Positions 1 to 9,376 of a stretch of DNA of 64,000 nt are shown here, piece after piece (within the stretch, counting starts at the first letter, position 1; the number at the start of each line of letters is the position of its first letter). The notes under the pieces were generated by a model. The model saw only the letters and a program-made list of their open reading frames with translations, was not told the DNA's origin and searched no databases. A program made the position numbers and the translations under genes. The stretch is from a bacterium (GTDB lineage Bacteria; UBA8248), in assembly GCA_965200245.1 (NCBI GenBank), contig CBDATS010000004.1, positions 384,001-448,000 of the forward strand, given 5' to 3'.

Positions 1-235
1 GATCCTCACCCAACACCTCCTGGAACAACTCGAAACCCACGTATTCCGCATCGAACCAGGTGGAGAGATAGACCGTCCATGAATGAAACGAAAAGTATAT
101 CTGCAGGAGAAACACGGGCATCAGGAACGCGAACAACAGAATCAGCGGGGTGAGCGTGCTCCATTTGAATATGCGCACGCCACGGGCACGCGTGGAACGT
201 CTACCCTTGGGCTGCGCTATTGTGGCTGTCGCCAT
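1..235 (-). CDS. Carbohydrate ABC transporter permease, N-terminus (runs off the window edge)
   Basis: Not in the ORF track. SD GGGAG, then ATG at 235 reading MATATIAQPKGRRSTRARGVRIFKWSTLTPLILLFAFLMPVFLLQIYFSFHSW...EYVGFELFQEVL. This is a typical MalF/UgpA-type first TM plus the 'YVGF' motif, downstream of a binding-protein gene. Confidence 0.75.
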   Translation of the reverse strand, partial: MATATIAQPKGRRSTRARGVRIFKWSTLTPLILLFAFLMPVFLLQIYFSFHSWTVYLSTWFDAEYVGFELFQEVLGED

Positions 236-311
236 TCAAAAAGACTCCTAACGACAACGAATGAATCGGAGCTTTCGCCGGGAAACATCCGGAAGTGATC
301 TGTGTGCCGTC

Positions 312-389
312 GGCCGGGGCGGCGGTCCCCGCCTGCCCCGGCCAGCGAAACATGGACCCTCTCCCCGGAGCCACGCCCCGGGGAGAGAG
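312..389. other. Two GC-rich intergenic stem-loops between binding-protein and permease genes
   Basis: GGCCGGGGC-GGCGG-tcc-CCGCC-t-GCCCCGGCC (312-343) and CTCTCcCCGG...CCGGGAGAG (~360-389). The position is typical of mRNA-stabilising hairpins in ABC operons. Confidence 0.5.
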
Positions 390-398
390 GTAAACTTT

Positions 399-1847
399 CT
401 ACGAGGGCTTGTCCACCTTCGGCATCATGGCCTTGTAGAATGGAATCTCCTTCTTGAGCTTGCGCTTGCCCACCTTGCGTATGATCTTGGCCCACTCGTT
501 CTGGATGTCGCCCATCACTTTCTTCGCTCCCTTCTTGCGGCCCGCGTAGGCTTCGGAGAGGTTGCGGTCGACGACCTCCTTGAATTCCTGGTAGCCGGTC
601 ACATATGGCGGCGGGCAGGTAATGAGGAGGTTGTCTTCGACGGACTTGATGCCTTCCTTCGTGTAGACCTTGGTCACCTGAGGGTCGGTCATGTGCTTGG
701 GATGCCAGGGATCGTGGAAGGTGAACTTCGGATGGCCCACGACTTCGGCACTGTTTTTGTAGGTACTCATGTACATCGCCCATGCGACGGCTTGTTTCTT
801 GCGCGGGCTGTGGCGGTTGACGACCATGCCCATCACAGGAGCGGAGAAGGCGCGGTGGATGAGCTTGCCGGAGAACTTCGAACCCGGCACCAGGCCGTAA
901 CGCCACTTGCCCCTCGTCTTCGTTCCCGCCGTCGGGCTTTCGATGGCCGCGATAATCCCGTCCCAGTACTGGCAGGAGAAAATCTTGCCGTTACGGATCC
1001 GGGGGATCATCTGCGGCGAACCCCAGGCGGCCGCCTCGGGGTGGGAAACCTGCTTGCGCGCAAGCCAGGTATCGAAGGCGTAATGGGCCGCGGGTGTGTT
1101 CAGCGTGGGGTTGGCGTCGTCGTCGAACGGGAAGCCACCCGCGCTGTAGAGGTACATCCAGTACCAGAAACTGCTGTTCGCCTTATCACGCAGGCCGCCG
1201 AAACCGTAGAGTTCCTTGTCGGGCCTGTGGAAATGCTTCATCATCTCGAGTTCGTCTTCCCAGGTGACGGGCCACTTGAGGGGCTTGCCGTGCTTGTCGG
1301 CGAAGGCCTTGCGCTCGTCAGGATTGTCGAAGAGATCCTTGCGGATGAACTGCGGGCAGACGTTGCCGTCCGTGGGCATGGCGTAGGTCTTGCCCTGATA
1401 CGTCATGAAGCTCTCGAAGTTGCCCACCATCTTGAGATCGAAGCCAGCGGCCTTCATATAGCCGTCGAGAGGCTCAAGCATTCCCGCCGCAGCGAGGGAG
1501 GGAATCATCATGGATTCGACGTGAAAGATGTCGAACTTGCCCGAGCGCGTGATGGCCTCGGCCATTGCCCGCTGGGGAATCTGCAGGTTGGGAACGTCAC
1601 TGACCTTGTCCATGGAGATGCCGGTATGCTTGTTGAACTCGCGGTTCAGGTCAGGATAGTTGCGCCAGTAGAGGCCCCACATCATTCCATTCAGCTTGGC
1701 ACCGCCAAGCTTTTTCGCCGCTTTGACGACGGCATCTTCCTCAGGCCCGGCGTAGGCTTTGCCGCCGCCCAGAACGGCGGGTCCCGCAACGGCGGTGGCC
1801 AGACCGGTCTTGAGGAGGCTTCTTCTCTTGATTTGCTTCTCGCTCAT
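399..1847 (-). CDS. Extracellular solute-binding protein (sugar ABC, family 1) with Tat signal
   Basis: 482 aa. KRRSLLK twin-arginine leader ending AYA; 'MLEPLDGY', 'YAMPTDGN' and 'PVTWED' SBP_bac_1-like motifs. Confidence 0.85.
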   Translation of the reverse strand: MSEKQIKRRSLLKTGLATAVAGPAVLGGGKAYAGPEEDAVVKAAKKLGGAKLNGMMWGLYWRNYPDLNREFNKHTGISMDKVSDVPNLQIPQRAMAEAITRSGKFDIFHVESMMIPSLAAAGMLEPLDGYMKAAGFDLKMVGNFESFMTYQGKTYAMPTDGNVCPQFIRKDLFDNPDERKAFADKHGKPLKWPVTWEDELEMMKHFHRPDKELYGFGGLRDKANSSFWYWMYLYSAGGFPFDDDANPTLNTPAAHYAFDTWLARKQVSHPEAAAWGSPQMIPRIRNGKIFSCQYWDGIIAAIESPTAGTKTRGKWRYGLVPGSKFSGKLIHRAFSAPVMGMVVNRHSPRKKQAVAWAMYMSTYKNSAEVVGHPKFTFHDPWHPKHMTDPQVTKVYTKEGIKSVEDNLLITCPPPYVTGYQEFKEVVDRNLSEAYAGRKKGAKKVMGDIQNEWAKIIRKVGKRKLKKEIPFYKAMMPKVDKPS

Positions 1848-2181
1848 CTGGGTGTTCCTCCTTGATCCATGGGGTCGCCCGACAGGGCTAAATAAAACCT
1901 GCTTCGTGCGTTCATATTACGATGAGAACCGGCCGACGGATGAATAAACCTGCTCTACGGCCCATATCTGCAACACCTGATATCTAGATACCGACACGTT
2001 ATATGGAAGAAGCGATTTTTGTCAACAAGCGATGCGATGCCGCCTCAGAATATTTTCGGGCTGCAATCGCCGGGGTTTTCAAAATGGGGCAGGTGGGTGG
2101 AAAAGACGAAAAACCTCTCTCCCCGGCGCGGTTCCAGTGCCGGGGAGAGAGGTGGAAACCTGCAGTCTATTTTCCGTTTGG

Positions 2182-2699
2182 TTACTCGTTTCCGCTGTTC
2201 TTCGCCGCTTCCATCTCCTCCATCTTCTTGAGCGCCACCTTGTCCCTCAACAGGAACACCGGGCAGGGAGCGCGCCTCAGTACCTGCTCGGAGACGCTGC
2301 CGATCAGAAAGCGACTCACCATGTTGTGGCCGTGCGTACCCATGACGAGGAGGTCGAAATCTCCCGTTTCTGCGAATTGGACGATCTCCTTCACCGGCTC
2401 GCCGAAGACGACGAGCGTATCGATGGGCACGGCCGATTCGACCTGCTTCGTCATCACGTCGAGATTGCTCTGCAGTTCCAGGCGCGTATCCTCGAGCAGG
2501 CGGCTCGAAGAGACTGTGCCCACGAGTTCCGCGGTGTAGCCGCCGTATTTCGCCGCATAGTCCGGGTTTCTCGCCACGTGGATGGCCATGACTTCCGCAT
2601 TTCGATTTTCACCGATCTCCGCTGCGACCTTCAGGACGCCCCTGCTCAGTTCAGAGAAATCTGCGGCTGCCAGTACTTTCTGGGATCGTATATTCGCAT
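2182..2699 (-). CDS. Universal stress protein (apparent 1-nt frameshift near the start)
   Basis: USP motifs KVLAAADFS...DLLVMGTHG...IGSVSEQVLRRAPCPV. The SD GGAGGG-linked ATG at 2699 is one base out of frame; one more A in the run at 2677-2679 gives MRIYDPRKVLAAADFS. Confidence 0.85.
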
Positions 2700-2747
2700 G
2701 ACGTTTCCCTCCGATATAGAAATGCGATGTTTCCGTCATTGCGTCGA

Positions 2748-2932
2748 GCAAAAAGCGGAGCCTTCGGAGGCCCCGCTTTCAGGATCGTTATTATTTCCCG
2801 CCTCCGCCTTGCTTCGACCGGCGGAGGCCTGCCGAATGCCTGCGCCAGCTATCCTTTGACATCCCCCAAAGAGGCCAGCGCTCGCTCCGGGGGACTACAT
2901 CTTCTCACTTCATCGACCCCCTCTATCGTCTA
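2748..2932 (-). ncRNA. Candidate ~185-nt structured RNA or attenuator leader upstream of the USP gene
   Basis: Bounded by the promoter and terminator above; contains several hairpins and no credible ORF. Confidence 0.35.
2750..2780 (-). terminator. Rho-independent terminator
   Basis: Minus strand AAAGCGGGGCCTCCGAAGGCTCCGCTTTTT: GC-rich stem followed by a U-tract. Confidence 0.65.
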
Positions 2933-2937
2933 CTTCC

Positions 2938-2966
2938 AATATAGTCCCTCGCGCGCCGTCTTTCAA
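2938..2966 (-). promoter_or_regulatory. Sigma70-type promoter
   Basis: Minus strand TTGAAA, 17-nt spacer, TATATT. Confidence 0.55.
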
Positions 2967-2998
2967 GGGTAATTTGCACGCAAGCGGCCTCGCAAGCT

Positions 2999-3982
2999 TC
3001 AGTCGATCTCCACCACCACGTTGCCTACGTTCGCGAAATTCTCCATCACTTCGTGCGCCGCGGCGGTTTCCTCCAGGGAAAACCGCGCGCCGATGTGGTG
3101 GGTGAGTGCCCCTGCCGCGCATGCGGCGTTGATGTCCGTGCAGGCCTGGTCGATGGCGGAATCCGGCATCGTGTAGACGAACACCATGCGAATAGCCGTA
3201 TTGCGAGGCATCATCTGATACCAGGGCAGCACAGGCTCGGGGGCGCGCGTGGAGCCATAAGCCGCGACGGTACCGTTTTCCTTGATCACTTTGCGGGTGA
3301 TGTCCAGATTCTCGCCGAAGTCCACCTCGCAGACCCTGTCCACGCCCGCCCCGTCGGTGATCTCAATAATGCGCTCCGCTGCACCCTCATCGCGGTAGTT
3401 CACTATGTGATCCGCACCCGCCTCGCGCGCGATCTGCGCTTTCTCCCCGTTGCTCACGGTGGCGATGACCTTTGCACCCCCCCATTTGCCGAGTTGCACC
3501 CCGTAACGCCCCACGGCGCCTGCCCCGCCGGTGACGAGTGCCGTCTCCCCCGCAATCGGCCCGTCCAGGAACAAGGCCCTGTGAGCCGTCATGGCCGGAA
3601 TCGCCAGGCACGCCCCCTGGGCGAAATCCATCGAGTCCGCCAGCGGCACCGCCTGTCGCTCGGGCACGACGATAAACTCCGCCGCCGTGCCGTAGGGCCT
3701 TTCCCACTGGCCGTTGAAAATCCAGACACGCTCGCCCACGCGGGTCGCGTCCACCCCCTCGCCCACACTATCGATGATACCTGCACCGTCCGAATGGGGG
3801 ATGATTCTCGGCCAGCGCATATCACCTCTCGAACCTAGGCGTGCCTTGTAGTCCGAGGGGTTCGCGCCCGATGCGTACACCCTCACGCGCACCTCGCCGG
3901 CGCCTGGCTCGGGAGTATCGAGTTCACCGACTTTCAGTACTTCTTTCGCCGGCCCATACGCTTCATACCAGACGGCTCGCAT
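2999..3982 (-). CDS. NADPH:quinone reductase (zeta-crystallin/MDR family)
   Basis: ANPSDYK, IIPHSDGAG, LVTGGAGAVG Rossmann motif, GNVVV C-terminus. Confidence 0.9.
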   Translation of the reverse strand: MRAVWYEAYGPAKEVLKVGELDTPEPGAGEVRVRVYASGANPSDYKARLGSRGDMRWPRIIPHSDGAGIIDSVGEGVDATRVGERVWIFNGQWERPYGTAAEFIVVPERQAVPLADSMDFAQGACLAIPAMTAHRALFLDGPIAGETALVTGGAGAVGRYGVQLGKWGGAKVIATVSNGEKAQIAREAGADHIVNYRDEGAAERIIEITDGAGVDRVCEVDFGENLDITRKVIKENGTVAAYGSTRAPEPVLPWYQMMPRNTAIRMVFVYTMPDSAIDQACTDINAACAAGALTHHIGARFSLEETAAAHEVMENFANVGNVVVEID

Positions 3983-4090
3983 ACCTTCTCCTTTTTTTCC
4001 TTAGCTTGATGTATCAATCAGGATAATTGCCGTAAGACGTCTCTTCTCTCATCGACATGATCGTGCCAATGCGCCAGTCATACCGCAGTC

Positions 4091-5209
4091 TCAAGCGGCG
4101 GCGCGTTCGCGCTCTATCAGTTTCTTGACGAGTGGGATGAGGTCGCGCGCGGCGCGGTGGCATTCCTCTACATGGGGATAGCCCGACAGGATGAACTCGT
4201 CGATGCCAAGCAACCAGTAGCCGAGAAGCTCCTCCGCGATCTGCGCAGGTGTCCCCACGAGTGCGGAACCGCAGTTCACCCGCACCTGGGAGATGCCGTT
4301 CCAAAGATGAGGCCCGACCCTGAACTCCTCGAACGCGCGCGCCTGTGCGGCGGCGCCCACCATGCTCGTACCCGCCACCAGCGCGCCGCGCTGCGCCTTC
4401 ACGGTATCCTCCGCCAAGCTCAAAAGCTCGCGTGTCTCCTCCCAAGCCTCTTCTTCGGTATCACGCATCACCAGATGGGAGCGCACCCCGAAGGCAGACG
4501 GGCGCCCCGCCTCGGCGAAAGAGGCCCGCGCGCGCTCAAGGTGCTTTCTGGTCTCCTCAATCGGCCCGATCCAGCCGAGATAGACGTCCGACTGCGTGCC
4601 CGCGAGTTTTAGCGCGGCGGGCGATGCGCCGCCCAGATAGAACCTGGGTGCCTCTCCCGCGGGGCCGGGCGAGCAGTGCACGTCGGATAGCCTGACGAAT
4701 TTCCCCTCGAAGCTTACGGGTTCGGGCCTTTCCCAGAGCTTGCGAATGGCGGCGATGAATTCCTCCGCCCGCTCGTAGCGCGTGTCGTGGTCGATTTGCT
4801 CACCCATCTTTTCGAACTCGCCCTTGATGCCACCGGGCACGACGTTCAAATCCACACGCCCCCCGGTTATCTGGCTGAGTGTAGCCGCCATCTGTGCGAA
4901 GAGGCCGGGGTTCACGAATCCAGGACGCACGGCGATGAGAAAGCGTATCCTCTTGCTTTGCGCGGCGAGGGCCGTCACCATCGTCCATGTCTCCGCCAGG
5001 GGCGCTCCCTGGTCGAAAAGTCCATTTGCGAAGCGTGTGGGAATGAGCATGGAGTAGAAATCGTTGTCCTCTGCCGCCTTCACCACTTCGCTCAAATATT
5101 CATACGTGGGTGGACGCTCGGCCCGAAGCGTGCCGATGTGCGCGCCGTCGCCATCTATCGGGATGAACCAGTCGAAGCGCGGCTCCGGGCGTTCGTGAAT
5201 GTTCGCCAT
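4091..5209 (-). CDS. LLM-class flavin-dependent monooxygenase, SsuD/alkanesulfonate-type
   Basis: WFIPIDGD, FLIAVRPG, GGRVDLNVVPG, YLGGAS, ALVGTP, EFILSGYPH. Start placed after SD GGGAG. Confidence 0.85.
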   Translation of the reverse strand: MANIHERPEPRFDWFIPIDGDGAHIGTLRAERPPTYEYLSEVVKAAEDNDFYSMLIPTRFANGLFDQGAPLAETWTMVTALAAQSKRIRFLIAVRPGFVNPGLFAQMAATLSQITGGRVDLNVVPGGIKGEFEKMGEQIDHDTRYERAEEFIAAIRKLWERPEPVSFEGKFVRLSDVHCSPGPAGEAPRFYLGGASPAALKLAGTQSDVYLGWIGPIEETRKHLERARASFAEAGRPSAFGVRSHLVMRDTEEEAWEETRELLSLAEDTVKAQRGALVAGTSMVGAAAQARAFEEFRVGPHLWNGISQVRVNCGSALVGTPAQIAEELLGYWLLGIDEFILSGYPHVEECHRAARDLIPLVKKLIERERAAA

Positions 5210-5763
5210 TGGGAAAACTCCCTTCCATATTCGGGGGGACGTTCCGGCGATTCTAGTACAGATGCGCGGCGGCGCGAAAGGTGGGCGCACTCCTCCGACT
5301 ATCCTGCCCGAAAGGGCAATTTCTCATACGGAGGACCATACTCTCACATTTTATCAGCAGAAATGGGCGCGACCGTACAAATAATCCTCTGACGTCTAAA
5401 AAAACACGACGCTGTATGGACGTTCGGCCTCTATGGCGCCGCCAGCGGCGGGCGGTGTTCATCAATTCACGACAACTCTGGTCAACACACAACTCACGCC
5501 CGTGAAGGTTCGCATCGAAGCGGGAGTAAAAAGGCTCGATGCGGCGGATCGAAAACACGAACGATTCCGTTGCAGGTCTTGAAAAATACATGAACGAACG
5601 TCTCGAACGATGAAAACGATGATTTTAAGACATGGGAAGAATCTCAGAGGGAAAATCATGTGCCTATTTGGTTTCCTGTTCCACGATGAGGGACCGATTT
5701 GCTGACCATTGGGAAATTATGTCGAGAATGGACAAATACTTTCGATAGGCATTCGCAAAACCC

Positions 5764-6372
5764 CTAGGCCATGGTTTCGCTAAGCGACACGAGTTCATCG
5801 AGCGACTCCCTCGCGAAACGACTCTGGAAGACGGCCTCAGCGGAAGCACTCGGATAGACGGCCCATAGCGCGTCCTCATCGTAAAGCACGATTGTGGTGA
5901 GGGGCCGCAACACGATGGCACTCAGGATTTCGTGCGCGTCGGGCCGGTTGATCCACCTGCGGAACGAGGCTTCGCTCTGTGTCGCCAGAGTGAGTTCCCC
6001 ATCCCAGAGCGGATCGCCTGATTTCACGTCTTGAAGTGAGCCCTCTTCCAGGTTCTCGATACAGGCGCGCTCGGACGGCTGGAGACTTTCCGCTTTCTTG
6101 TGGATTCTGAACGAAAAAGACACCTCGCAGGCGACACCCATTCGCATCATGACGGGACAGCTGCCGGTTTTCGCGCGATACTCAAGCCATACGCGTCTGC
6201 CCGAATACTCTCCGTTCAAACAGCCGTCTTCGAGTCGGGCCGTACCCGCATCCAGCATCTCGGCAAGTGGTTTCAGGCGGCGTGCAAGCCGGGCTTCACG
6301 AAAGAAAACGTAATAGACGACCGCACCCACGAGCACCGCCAGAGCGAGCAGGCCCGGCCCGTCGATCAGCAT
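5764..6372 (-). CDS. Hypothetical protein with N-terminal membrane anchor
   Basis: 202 aa with a hydrophobic N-terminus; overlaps the VOC gene stop. Confidence 0.6.
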   Translation of the reverse strand: MLIDGPGLLALAVLVGAVVYYVFFREARLARRLKPLAEMLDAGTARLEDGCLNGEYSGRRVWLEYRAKTGSCPVMMRMGVACEVSFSFRIHKKAESLQPSERACIENLEEGSLQDVKSGDPLWDGELTLATQSEASFRRWINRPDAHEILSAIVLRPLTTIVLYDEDALWAVYPSASAEAVFQSRFARESLDELVSLSETMA

Positions 6373-6869
6373 TCATCCTCCTGGGCATCCTGCCAGGCGG
6401 GGCGGCTGCCGGGGAACATGTCCGAATCGTGAAACACCTCGATGCGGTTACCGTCCGGATCCAGAAAGTAGATGCCCTCGTGCCCGCCCCAAAGACCGTT
6501 GGTCGCATCGAGCCGCAAGGGGCCCCAGACGACCTCGATGTCGGGGCGAGAGCGAATGTAGGCCACCGCGTCGTCGAATGCCTGCTGGTCGGCCACCTCG
6601 AACGCCAGGTGGTGAAGCCCTACGTCGCGCCGCGGCACGGTGTCCCCACCTTCTTCGTCCACCCAGTCCCCAGGCACGCTGAATATCGCCAACTGGTGGT
6701 GGTAGTCGTCCAGATACATGAACGCAGAACCGAACGGAGCCGCCGGGTGGCTGCCCGCCTCGTGACGCGAGCGCAGCTTGAAACCCAGTACTTCGGAATA
6801 GAATCTGATGGCGCGATCCAGATCGCGCACCTTGATACCCATATGCTGCAAGCGGATGGAGCGAATCAT
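6366..6869 (-). CDS. VOC (glyoxalase/extradiol dioxygenase) family protein
   Basis: LQHMGIKVRDLDRAIRFYSEVLGF, GLHHLAFEV, IYFLDPDGNRIEV; SD GGAGG. Confidence 0.9.
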   Translation of the reverse strand: MIRSIRLQHMGIKVRDLDRAIRFYSEVLGFKLRSRHEAGSHPAAPFGSAFMYLDDYHHQLAIFSVPGDWVDEEGGDTVPRRDVGLHHLAFEVADQQAFDDAVAYIRSRPDIEVVWGPLRLDATNGLWGGHEGIYFLDPDGNRIEVFHDSDMFPGSRPAWQDAQEDEC

Positions 6870-7093
6870 CGGAAACCTCCGGAAAGCAGGTTCACACATG
6901 AGGACGGCGCAGGATTTCATTCGAGGATACGCGATCCGCTCGCCGGAGTCATCGCTCACAAGTCATCTCCCATGGTCGATCCGTGCACCGCTCTTGCCGA
7001 GACGGTCCAAGTGGAGTATTCCATGAGGACGCTGGAACCCATATCACTCGATTCCACGATTTCACCTGTTTTCCTCGAATGGAGGTTATCGCC

Positions 7094-7879
7094 TTGCCCA
7101 TCATCACGAACGAGACGAAAAGAAAATCCTATGCCGGAGAAGTCACCCTGGGCGCGGGCGTGCGCATGGCGCGAACGGTGGAGGTCGGCCTTGCCATGAA
7201 GGCTGCCGGCTTCGACTGGCTCTTTATCGACCTCGAACATGGGCCCTTCAACCTCGAAACCGCGCAGCAGATATCCATTGCCGCCCTGACGCAGGGCATC
7301 ACGCCGCTCGTGCGCGTGGCCTCGCTCGACCCGCACCTGAGCACGCGGGTTCTGGACGCCGGGGCGCAGGGCATCGTTCTCCCACACGTGAACAACGCGC
7401 AGGAGGCCTCGGAATTCGTAAGAATCTGCAAATTCCCGCCCGAGGGTGAACGCAGCGCGGGAGGAGGTCTGGCCCACAGCCGTTTCGAGGCCATGGAACC
7501 GATGGAACTCCTAAATGGGATCAACGACGAAACGCTTCTCGTCGCGATGATCGAGACCCCCGAAGCCGGCGATGAAGCAGACGCCATCGCCGCAGTCGAG
7601 GGAATTGACATTTTGCTCATCGGCACGAACGACTTGAGCCTGGGCATGGGAATCGTCGGCCAACACTATCATCCGCGGGTCAACAGGGTGTATGAGCAGG
7701 TGCTCGCGGCGTGCAGGAAGCACGGCAAGATAGCCGGCATGGGCGGTTCCTACGATCCCCGGATGATTGAACGCAGAATCAGGGAGGGAATGCGCTTCAT
7801 CCTCTCGGGTAGCGACCTCAGTTTCTTGAGCGCAGGCGCAAAGGCGCAGGCAAACCTGATTCGCGAACTCGCGGGTTGA
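7094..7879 (+). CDS. HpcH/HpaI aldolase family
   Basis: GFDWLFIDLEHG, VLDAGAQGIVLPHV, MIET, IGTNDLS. TTG start after GGAGG. Confidence 0.9.
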   Translation: MPIITNETKRKSYAGEVTLGAGVRMARTVEVGLAMKAAGFDWLFIDLEHGPFNLETAQQISIAALTQGITPLVRVASLDPHLSTRVLDAGAQGIVLPHVNNAQEASEFVRICKFPPEGERSAGGGLAHSRFEAMEPMELLNGINDETLLVAMIETPEAGDEADAIAAVEGIDILLIGTNDLSLGMGIVGQHYHPRVNRVYEQVLAACRKHGKIAGMGGSYDPRMIERRIREGMRFILSGSDLSFLSAGAKAQANLIRELAG

Positions 7880-7937
7880 GGCTTCCGTCCGGGATTCTCG
7901 CTGCGATTTGCATTTTCCGAAAACCCAAGGAGAGAAC

Positions 7938-8780
7938 ATGAAACTGCTTACCTATGAATCGGACACGGGGCCGCGCGTCGCCGTATTGACGGAAAACGGG
8001 GTGGAGGACATCGTCCCACATACCGGCAACGCTGCGGAAGTCATCGCCCGGGGAGGAACGCCCGAGACCAGCGGGAATCCCGTCGCTCTCGAATCCATCA
8101 GAATGCTCGCGCCAATAGCCACGCTCGCGCGGCCCGTCATCGCCGTGGGTCTCAACTACAAAAAACACGCCGATGAGGGCGCGCGCAAATACGGGCGTCC
8201 GGTGGGGGTCTACCCCGATACTCCGGTATTCTTCTGCAAGTGGCCGGGTTCGCACAACAGACCCGACGGAGAAATCATCCTTCACGAGAACGTGAACGAA
8301 CTCGACTACGAATGCGAACTCGTCATCGTGATCGGAAAGGAAGGAATCAACATCCCCCTGGACGAGGCCATGGACCATGTATATGGGTACACGATCATGA
8401 ACGAGGTCTCCGCTCGCGACGTGCAGCGCGCCCACGGCCAGTGGTTCAAAGGCAAGGCACTCGACAGCTTCGGTCCTCTGGGTCCCTGGATCGTCACCAG
8501 GGATGAGGCGGGCGACGGGGATAATCTTGCCGTCACGACGCGCGTGAATGGCGGGATACGACAGAACTCGAACACGAACGACATGATTTTCAACATCGCC
8601 ACCGTCGTCTCAGTACTTTCCGAGAGTATGACGCTCGTGCCCGGCGACATGATCGCCACAGGCACGCCCGAGGGTGTGGGCTTCGCCATGGACCCGCCGG
8701 GACTTCTGAACGTGGGCGACGTAGTGGAGTGCGAGATTGAGAACATCGGCGTGCTGAGGAGCACCGTCGTCGCACCCTGA
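7938..8780 (+). CDS. Fumarylacetoacetate hydrolase family protein
   Basis: VGLNYKKH, LDYECEL, NEVSARD, GKALDSFGPLGP, PGDMIATGTPEGVG. Confidence 0.9.
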   Translation: MKLLTYESDTGPRVAVLTENGVEDIVPHTGNAAEVIARGGTPETSGNPVALESIRMLAPIATLARPVIAVGLNYKKHADEGARKYGRPVGVYPDTPVFFCKWPGSHNRPDGEIILHENVNELDYECELVIVIGKEGINIPLDEAMDHVYGYTIMNEVSARDVQRAHGQWFKGKALDSFGPLGPWIVTRDEAGDGDNLAVTTRVNGGIRQNSNTNDMIFNIATVVSVLSESMTLVPGDMIATGTPEGVGFAMDPPGLLNVGDVVECEIENIGVLRSTVVAP

Positions 8781-8875
8781 TGCCGTGAAGAGGGCGGGCA
8801 GGTTCCGGCGTCAGGTGCGATACGGGCGCAAATTTCTCCACGGCGTCCGGCGGAACCTGGCGTCCGTGGGTGAGT

Positions 8876-9376
8876 CTACTTCAGCGTTTGTTTGAGATAG
8901 GGAACGAGGCCGCCCGCCTTCACCATGTCCATGATGTGATCAGGCAGGGGTTCGGTCTCCAGCGTCTCGCCCTTCGTGAGGTTCTCGACTCTCCCCGCGA
9001 TCGGGTCGACGCGAACGCGGTCTCCCTGCTCTATTGATTCCGCATCGGCGCAGATGAGCACGGGCAGTCCGATGCAAAGCGAATTCCTGAAAAAGTTCCG
9101 CGCGAACGTTCGCGCGACAACGGCGCCCACTCCCGCGTGCTTGATCCCGCGGGGGGCCGTCTCGCGACTCGATCCGCAGCCGAAGTTCCGTCCGCCGACA
9201 ATCACGTCGCCCGACTGCACGTTTTTGGGGAAATCGGGGTCAATGCCTTCCATGGCGTGCGCGGCCAGTTCCTCATCGGGCAGGCTCGCATACTTCGACG
9301 GCATGATGTAGCCCGTATCCACGTTGTCACCGAATACCCAGGCACCGCCTTCGATGGCTTGCGTCTCGTTGCTCAT
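8876..9376 (-). CDS. leuD: 3-isopropylmalate dehydratase/homoaconitase-like small subunit
   Basis: FGDNVDT, GRNFGCGSSRETA, FARNFFRN; ATGA overlap with the large subunit. Confidence 0.85.
   Translation of the reverse strand: MSNETQAIEGGAWVFGDNVDTGYIMPSKYASLPDEELAAHAMEGIDPDFPKNVQSGDVIVGGRNFGCGSSRETAPRGIKHAGVGAVVARTFARNFFRNSLCIGLPVLICADAESIEQGDRVRVDPIAGRVENLTKGETLETEPLPDHIMDMVKAGGLVPYLKQTLK

Noticed and set aside
261-1865. Long antisense ORFs (also 52298-53941, 55562-56974, 57540-58970 and many shorter ones)
   Set aside because: Shadows of well-supported opposite-strand genes in GC-rich DNA; no recognisable motifs.
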